A stretch of DNA of 64,000 bases from Thermodesulfobacteriota bacterium. Its GTDB lineage: Bacteria > Desulfobacterota_D > UBA1144 > Nemesobacterales > Mycalebacteriaceae. The stretch covers positions 736,001 to 800,000 of the forward strand of contig OZ242184.1 in NCBI GenBank assembly GCA_965205855.1, in the 5' to 3' direction. Shown piece after piece: positions 59,506-64,000 of the stretch (positions are counted from its first letter, which is position 1; each line of letters opens with the position of its first letter). A program made the translations under genes and the position numbers. Under the pieces are notes generated by a model. That model made no database searches, had not been told where the DNA came from, and saw only the letters and a program-made list of their open reading frames with translations.

Positions 59506-60034
59506 ACTTTACCTCTTCGGCTCCGCCTGAAAGCATAATGTCCCGCACAGTCTCGCCCTTTTTATCATCAGAACAAACAACCATCAGTCCAAATTTGTCA
59601 TCAGACAGCCTTGGGTCATACATGGTTACCGGGGATCTTTTGCGTAAAAGAGAGTTGACAAGCAATCCCATAAGCGTGGAGAGGGCTCCAATGAGTATGG
59701 TAAGCTCAAATATAATAATCGTGAAAGGCATTATGGATACGACAGGCTTGGCACTTACCTGTATGGGCCAGTCGCTTGCCGTAAAGACCGTGAGAGCCAC
59801 GCCTGAAGCGCCTCCGAGCAAAGCACCACAAAGGGTGAAAAACCTTACCGGGCTTTCCGGTTCTCCTATTATCTCCTCTATTTCATGGCTGGGAACGGGG
59901 GAAAACACTCTTATGTTGGCAAACCCTTCGCTTTTCAGAGCCTTCAGGGAATCAATAAGAGTGTCAATATGACTGTAGATTCCAAGCACGCCGTCTTTCG
60001 AAGATTTTCTACTTGTCATTGTGGTTCTCTCCAT
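59492..60034 (-). CDS. actD: Alternative complex III subunit ActD (DUF3341)
   Basis: FSPVPSHEI, DWPIQVSAKP, IIFELTIL, YDPRLSDDKF. Confidence 0.9.
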   Translation of the reverse strand: MERTTMTSRKSSKDGVLGIYSHIDTLIDSLKALKSEGFANIRVFSPVPSHEIEEIIGEPESPVRFFTLCGALLGGASGVALTVFTASDWPIQVSAKPVVSIMPFTIIIFELTILIGALSTLMGLLVNSLLRKRSPVTMYDPRLSDDKFGLMVVCSDDKKGETVRDIMLSGGAEEVKFDSA

Positions 60035-61376
60035 AAGCTTTTTTCCTGGGGACCGGAAGTATTTCTTTAATTTCAGCTATCGCTATTGGTGGCAGAGTTT
60101 TCAGGAAAATCAGGAAAAACATGAAAAACCACCCGAAACTGCCGGCCGTCAGACCCACTTCCACCCATGATATTTTGTAAACTCCCCAGACTGCGGGGTC
60201 ATAGTCACGCGAAAGGGATATCACGATTATGTTGAACCTTTCAAACCACATTCCTATGTTTATCAGTATTGAAACTATGAACAGCAACTTCAGGTTGTGG
60301 CGGAGCCGTTTGAACCACAGAAGAACGGGGACGAAAACATTGCAAATAACCATAGTCCAGTAAAACGGAGCGTATTCTCCAAATGCTCTGTATAAAAACT
60401 GTTCCCATTCGGCGGGAACTCCGCTATACCAAGCGAACAGAAACTCTACTCCGTATGCGTATCCGATAATCAGAGAGGTGAAGATTATCAACTTTGCCAT
60501 TCCGTCAAAGTTGTCCATTGTTATGTAGTCTTCAAGATGGAAAATTTTCCTTATAGGTATTGCCAGAGTTATTACCATTGCAAGACCGGAGAAAATTGCT
60601 CCCGCGACAAAATACGGGGCGAAGATAGTAGTGTGCCATCCGGGAAGACTTGCCATGGCAAAGTCCCATGATACGACACTGTGTACGGAAAGAACAAGCG
60701 GTGTCGCGAATGCGGCTAAATAAAGATAAGCCCTTGTGTAATGGAGCCATTCCCAGTTAGAACCCTTCCACCCAAGTGACAGCAGAGAGTAGATAATTTT
60801 TCGCGGCTTATCCTTAACCTTGTCTCTTATTGCCGCGAGGTCTGGAATCATTCCGACAAAGAAGAAGATTGAGCTGACCGTCAGGTATGTGCTGACGGCA
60901 AAAACGTCCCACATAAGGGGAGACTTAAAGTTGACCCAAAGCTCTCTCTGGTTTGGATACGGAAAAAGCCAGTAGAAATTCCAAGGCCTTCCAAGGTGCA
61001 GTATGGGAAACAAACCGGCTGTCAGGACGGCGAAAACTGTCATAGCCTCCGCGAGCCTGTAGATTGACATTCTGAACTTTGCCCTAAAAAGAAACAAAAC
61101 CGCGGAAATCAGCGTTCCAGAATGGGCGATTCCAACCCAGAAAACGAAATCCGTTATGTATATTCCCCAGAAAACGGGATGACGGAAACCCGCCACGCCA
61201 AGCCCCGTATAGGCCTGGTAGATAAAGCACGAAACGCCTATCCCGACAAAGAACAGAGCAGTCCCAAAAAGCATTGCCCATTCTTTTGACGGCTTCTCAA
61301 GAATCCTTACCACATCGGCGGTAACTCTTGAATATGTCAGTTTGTTTGATTTGCTTTCCACTTTGTTAGCGCTCAT
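60009..61376 (-). CDS. actC: Alternative complex III quinol-binding subunit ActC (NrfD/PsrC family)
   Basis: WGIYITDFVFWVGIAHSGTLISA, RLAEAMT, HLGRPW, SPLMWDVFAV, LVLSVHSVVSWDFA, PGWHTTIFAPYFVAGAIFSG, GMWFERF. Confidence 0.94.
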   Translation of the reverse strand: MSANKVESKSNKLTYSRVTADVVRILEKPSKEWAMLFGTALFFVGIGVSCFIYQAYTGLGVAGFRHPVFWGIYITDFVFWVGIAHSGTLISAVLFLFRAKFRMSIYRLAEAMTVFAVLTAGLFPILHLGRPWNFYWLFPYPNQRELWVNFKSPLMWDVFAVSTYLTVSSIFFFVGMIPDLAAIRDKVKDKPRKIIYSLLSLGWKGSNWEWLHYTRAYLYLAAFATPLVLSVHSVVSWDFAMASLPGWHTTIFAPYFVAGAIFSGLAMVITLAIPIRKIFHLEDYITMDNFDGMAKLIIFTSLIIGYAYGVEFLFAWYSGVPAEWEQFLYRAFGEYAPFYWTMVICNVFVPVLLWFKRLRHNLKLLFIVSILINIGMWFERFNIIVISLSRDYDPAVWGVYKISWVEVGLTAGSFGWFFMFFLIFLKTLPPIAIAEIKEILPVPRKKAYGENHNDK

Positions 61377-61386
61377 CTAATCCGGC

Positions 61387-64000
61387 CTATGATTGCGTCA
61401 CTCTTTTAAGATATGTAACAGCTGGTTTGGTGTTTACTTCTTCGAACAGCTTATATCCTCTCTCGTCATTGGAAGACACCGAAACCTTGCTGTTCGGGTC
61501 CAGAAGGTTGCCGAACTCTATTGCGTCCGCCGCACAGGTTTGCTGGCATGCAGTTACCATTTCTCCGTCCGCAATGTCTCTTCCGTCATCTTTTGCAACC
61601 TGGTGAGAATCTCTTATTCTCTGAACACAAAAACTGCATTTCTCCATAACTCCCTTGGTTCTTACCGTAACATCGGGATTGAATTGCCAGTTGAGAGGCT
61701 CCGGCACTTTGTAGGAATACCAGTTGAACTTTCTTACCTTATAAGTGCAGTTATTGGCGCAGTATCTCGTGCCGACGCAACGGTTGTAAACCATTCCATT
61801 AAGCCCTTCGTGGTTGTGATAGGTTGCGTACACGGGGCATACGGGTTCGCATGGAGCGTTTCCGCAATGCTGGCACGGAACCGGAACAAAATGCGCCGTA
61901 ATCTCTCCGTCGTCGTTTTTTTCAAAAAATCTGTCAATTCTAAGCCATGCCATATCTCTGCGCCGCGCGGCCTGCTCCTTGCCGACAACCGGTATGTTGT
62001 TCTCTGCATAACAGGCCGTTACACATGCTCCGCAACCCGTGCATTTGGAAAGGTCAACCGACATACCCCATCTGTATTTTTCATACTCAAGGTCAGGGTA
62101 AAAGTCGGGGTGGTGCTCCTTTTTCGCAGAGCCTTTATTTTTCAGTCCGAGGCTGTTAACGTCAACCGTCCGTGCCACTTCCCTTCCCTCCTGGGACTGG
62201 GTGTACTGCCTTCTTACAAGCGAGCCCTCTTTGCCGGTCGGGGTTATTGTAACTTTCGTGGAAAACCACGCGTAACCGCCCGACAGACTGTCGCTTACCG
62301 GAGACATTATCTCCATTGGGTTCACCCCCATGTCTTTTGCGTATCTGCCGTAGCTTTTATGTCCAAGGCCTATTGGAACGGCAATCGTGTCGGGCATAAT
62401 TCCTTCGCGGACAAAAGCCTGAGTCTCAAAAGAACCAAAAGACGATTCAACTTTTATGTGAGAACCATCCTTAATGCCCATTGATTTTGCCGTGTGAGGG
62501 TTAACCTCCACCCATGAATCCCACATAATTGAAGTGAGAGAATCGGGCAGCTCCTGTAGCCATGGCTTATTGGCTCCTCTGCCATCGTAGTATTTCGCCG
62601 ATGGAAAAGATACAAGATACATATTTCCGCCACCTTGAAAATAGGCGCCCCGGCCGGAAAATGAAAACAGCTTCATTTTTTCGGAAACTGAAACATTTTT
62701 GGGATGCAACGGAATTGAAACACCGCCTTTTTTCAGAGCATCGCTCCAGAACCGGTTGAACGGTTTGTCCGGAAAAAGCTCGTTGCCCATGCGTTTCCAG
62801 TAATCTTTCACAAATGAGTGGTAGTCTGAAACCGCGAACAGGTTTTTTGTCGCACCTATGCGACTGCTAACTGAAATAATCACATCTCCCGACTGTTTGG
62901 TGTTGAAAACTCTTGACACTGCGGGTTGCACTATTGAATGAAAACCTTTCCTTGTCCTGAAATCTCCCCAACTTTCAAGCGTGTGGCTGTCGGGCATAAT
63001 CAGTGAGCATTGCTCTGCGGTTTCATCGATAAAAGATGAAAAACTGACTTTGAACGGGACCTTTTTCATCGCTTCCTTGAAACCTGCAGAATCTGGAATA
63101 ACAAAAGCGGGATTAGTTCCCCTTACAATCAGAATCTCCACTTTTCCGTCTTCCATGTCCCGTATAAGAGAAAGCATCTCTTTGTATGAGTTGGATTCCG
63201 AAATCGCGAGAGTATCAGCAAAATCTGTTGTTTCATTCAGGTTGCCTCCAAGATAGTTCAACAGATTGATTACCACAAGCAGCTCGGTTGCATTTGAGGC
63301 CGTGGTTGCGGTGCCTCCGCCTATTGCCAAGCTCTTTTTTGAAAGAAATTCTTCCGCTATTTCGTATATGGTCTCCACGGGGACGGATGTTTTTTTAGAG
63401 ACAGTTTCGGGAGTATAGTCCCTGACGAGGGGGCGCAGATAATCTTCGGTGTTTTTCACTTTCCGCATCAAAGCGTTAGCTATTCCAAGAGCAAGGTAAA
63501 TCTCAGTTCCCGGATTGATTTGAACCATACGGTCGGCATTTGCCGCTGTCATCGACATTCGCGGTTCAACTTGAACTACTTTTCCTATCTTTCCTTTTTT
63601 CAGAGAACGCATCTCGCCGAATGCTTTCCCGTTAGACACGGGAGAAAGCCATGTTTCAAGAAAGTCTGCGCCGAAAGAGAGCAGGTATTCGGCGTTTTCT
63701 ATTTTGTATGAGGGTATTGATTTTACGCCGAAAAATATCTCATTCGCTTTCTTGAGGGGTTCATTTGAAAAAGTCTCATAAGAGTAGCGTTTTGCTCCGA
63801 TGGCATCGCTCCAGATTTTAACAAGATTGTCGTATGAGCCCGTTGAGACTCCGTCCAAATACACAATTTTCCCGCCCTCGCCTCTGACGATAATGTCCTG
63901 AATTTTTGCGGCGAGACTCTTTTCCGACTCTTCCCATGTTGTAACCCGGAATTTTCCCGATTCATCTTTTACGAGAGGAGATTTAATCCTGTCCGGATTG
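61387..64000 (-). CDS. actB: Alternative complex III subunit ActB (molybdopterin-oxidoreductase-like domain fused to an Fe-S domain); 5' end beyond the window
   Basis: The frame is open to the window edge (NPDRIKSPL...). Motifs: ESWGD, ANKPWLQELPD, CTGCGACVTAC.AENN, CQHCGNAPCEPVCP, YNRCVGTRYCANNC, RTKGVMEKCSFCVQRI. Confidence 0.93.
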   Translation of the reverse strand, partial: NPDRIKSPLVKDESGKFRVTTWEESEKSLAAKIQDIIVRGEGGKIVYLDGVSTGSYDNLVKIWSDAIGAKRYSYETFSNEPLKKANEIFFGVKSIPSYKIENAEYLLSFGADFLETWLSPVSNGKAFGEMRSLKKGKIGKVVQVEPRMSMTAANADRMVQINPGTEIYLALGIANALMRKVKNTEDYLRPLVRDYTPETVSKKTSVPVETIYEIAEEFLSKKSLAIGGGTATTASNATELLVVINLLNYLGGNLNETTDFADTLAISESNSYKEMLSLIRDMEDGKVEILIVRGTNPAFVIPDSAGFKEAMKKVPFKVSFSSFIDETAEQCSLIMPDSHTLESWGDFRTRKGFHSIVQPAVSRVFNTKQSGDVIISVSSRIGATKNLFAVSDYHSFVKDYWKRMGNELFPDKPFNRFWSDALKKGGVSIPLHPKNVSVSEKMKLFSFSGRGAYFQGGGNMYLVSFPSAKYYDGRGANKPWLQELPDSLTSIMWDSWVEVNPHTAKSMGIKDGSHIKVESSFGSFETQAFVREGIMPDTIAVPIGLGHKSYGRYAKDMGVNPMEIMSPVSDSLSGGYAWFSTKVTITPTGKEGSLVRRQYTQSQEGREVARTVDVNSLGLKNKGSAKKEHHPDFYPDLEYEKYRWGMSVDLSKCTGCGACVTACYAENNIPVVGKEQAARRRDMAWLRIDRFFEKNDDGEITAHFVPVPCQHCGNAPCEPVCPVYATYHNHEGLNGMVYNRCVGTRYCANNCTYKVRKFNWYSYKVPEPLNWQFNPDVTVRTKGVMEKCSFCVQRIRDSHQVAKDDGRDIADGEMVTACQQTCAADAIEFGNLLDPNSKVSVSSNDERGYKLFEEVNTKPAVTYLKRVTQS

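Noticed and set aside
61393-62484. 363-aa plus-strand ORF
   Set aside because: It is an antisense shadow of actB with no recognisable motifs.
61387-64000. Molybdoenzyme or polysulfide reductase interpretation of the last ORFs
   Set aside because: The fused Fe-S domain followed by NrfD-like, DUF3341, monoheme cytochrome and second NrfD-like genes is the ACIII order actBCDEF.

Overview
This is a very gene-dense stretch of a compact bacterial chromosome using genetic code 11. It contains almost only housekeeping genes; I see no CRISPR array, integrase, transposase or prophage. In order: a TCA cluster (acnA-icd-mdh-sdhC-sdhA, sdhA cut by the left edge), yceD-rpmF-fabD-fabG-acpP-fabF, nfeD-SPFH, tRNA-Leu, apgM, a PhnP-like MBL hydrolase divergent from polX-ligA, M23 peptidase, TamB-like protein, cdsA, nfo, pyruvoyl-dependent arginine decarboxylase, proA, cysC, ndk-holA, rpsT, transaldolase, a nuoM-folE-hemA-hemC-tRNA(fMet)-xseB-ispA run, acyl-CoA synthetase, LLM oxidoreductase, long-form hflX-M20 peptidase-cbiX, tRNA-Pro-mnmA-mtaB, murI, etfBA, rpiB-asd-dapA-rnhB-merR-tRNA-Pro-surE-yqaA-tonB, purM, and an alternative complex III operon (actB-C-D-E-F, actB cut by the right edge). 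The gene set suggests a streamlined, aerobic, deltaproteobacterial-grade organism such as Dadabacteria; this is inference only. The most notable elements are missing from the ORF track: (1) a perfect sigma70 promoter driving an apparently leaderless 34-aa membrane peptide, then a 7-codon MRKRKSQ uORF whose stop overlaps a probable ATA start of hflX; (2) a 46-aa membrane peptide closing the ACIII operon; (3) a PolX lacking its polymerase aspartates, coupled to ligA; (4) all four tRNAs followed within 7-19 nt by a co-oriented CDS; (5) an orphan nuoM; (6) a decayed thioesterase-like remnant. All product calls come from motif recognition by eye; no database searches were run.
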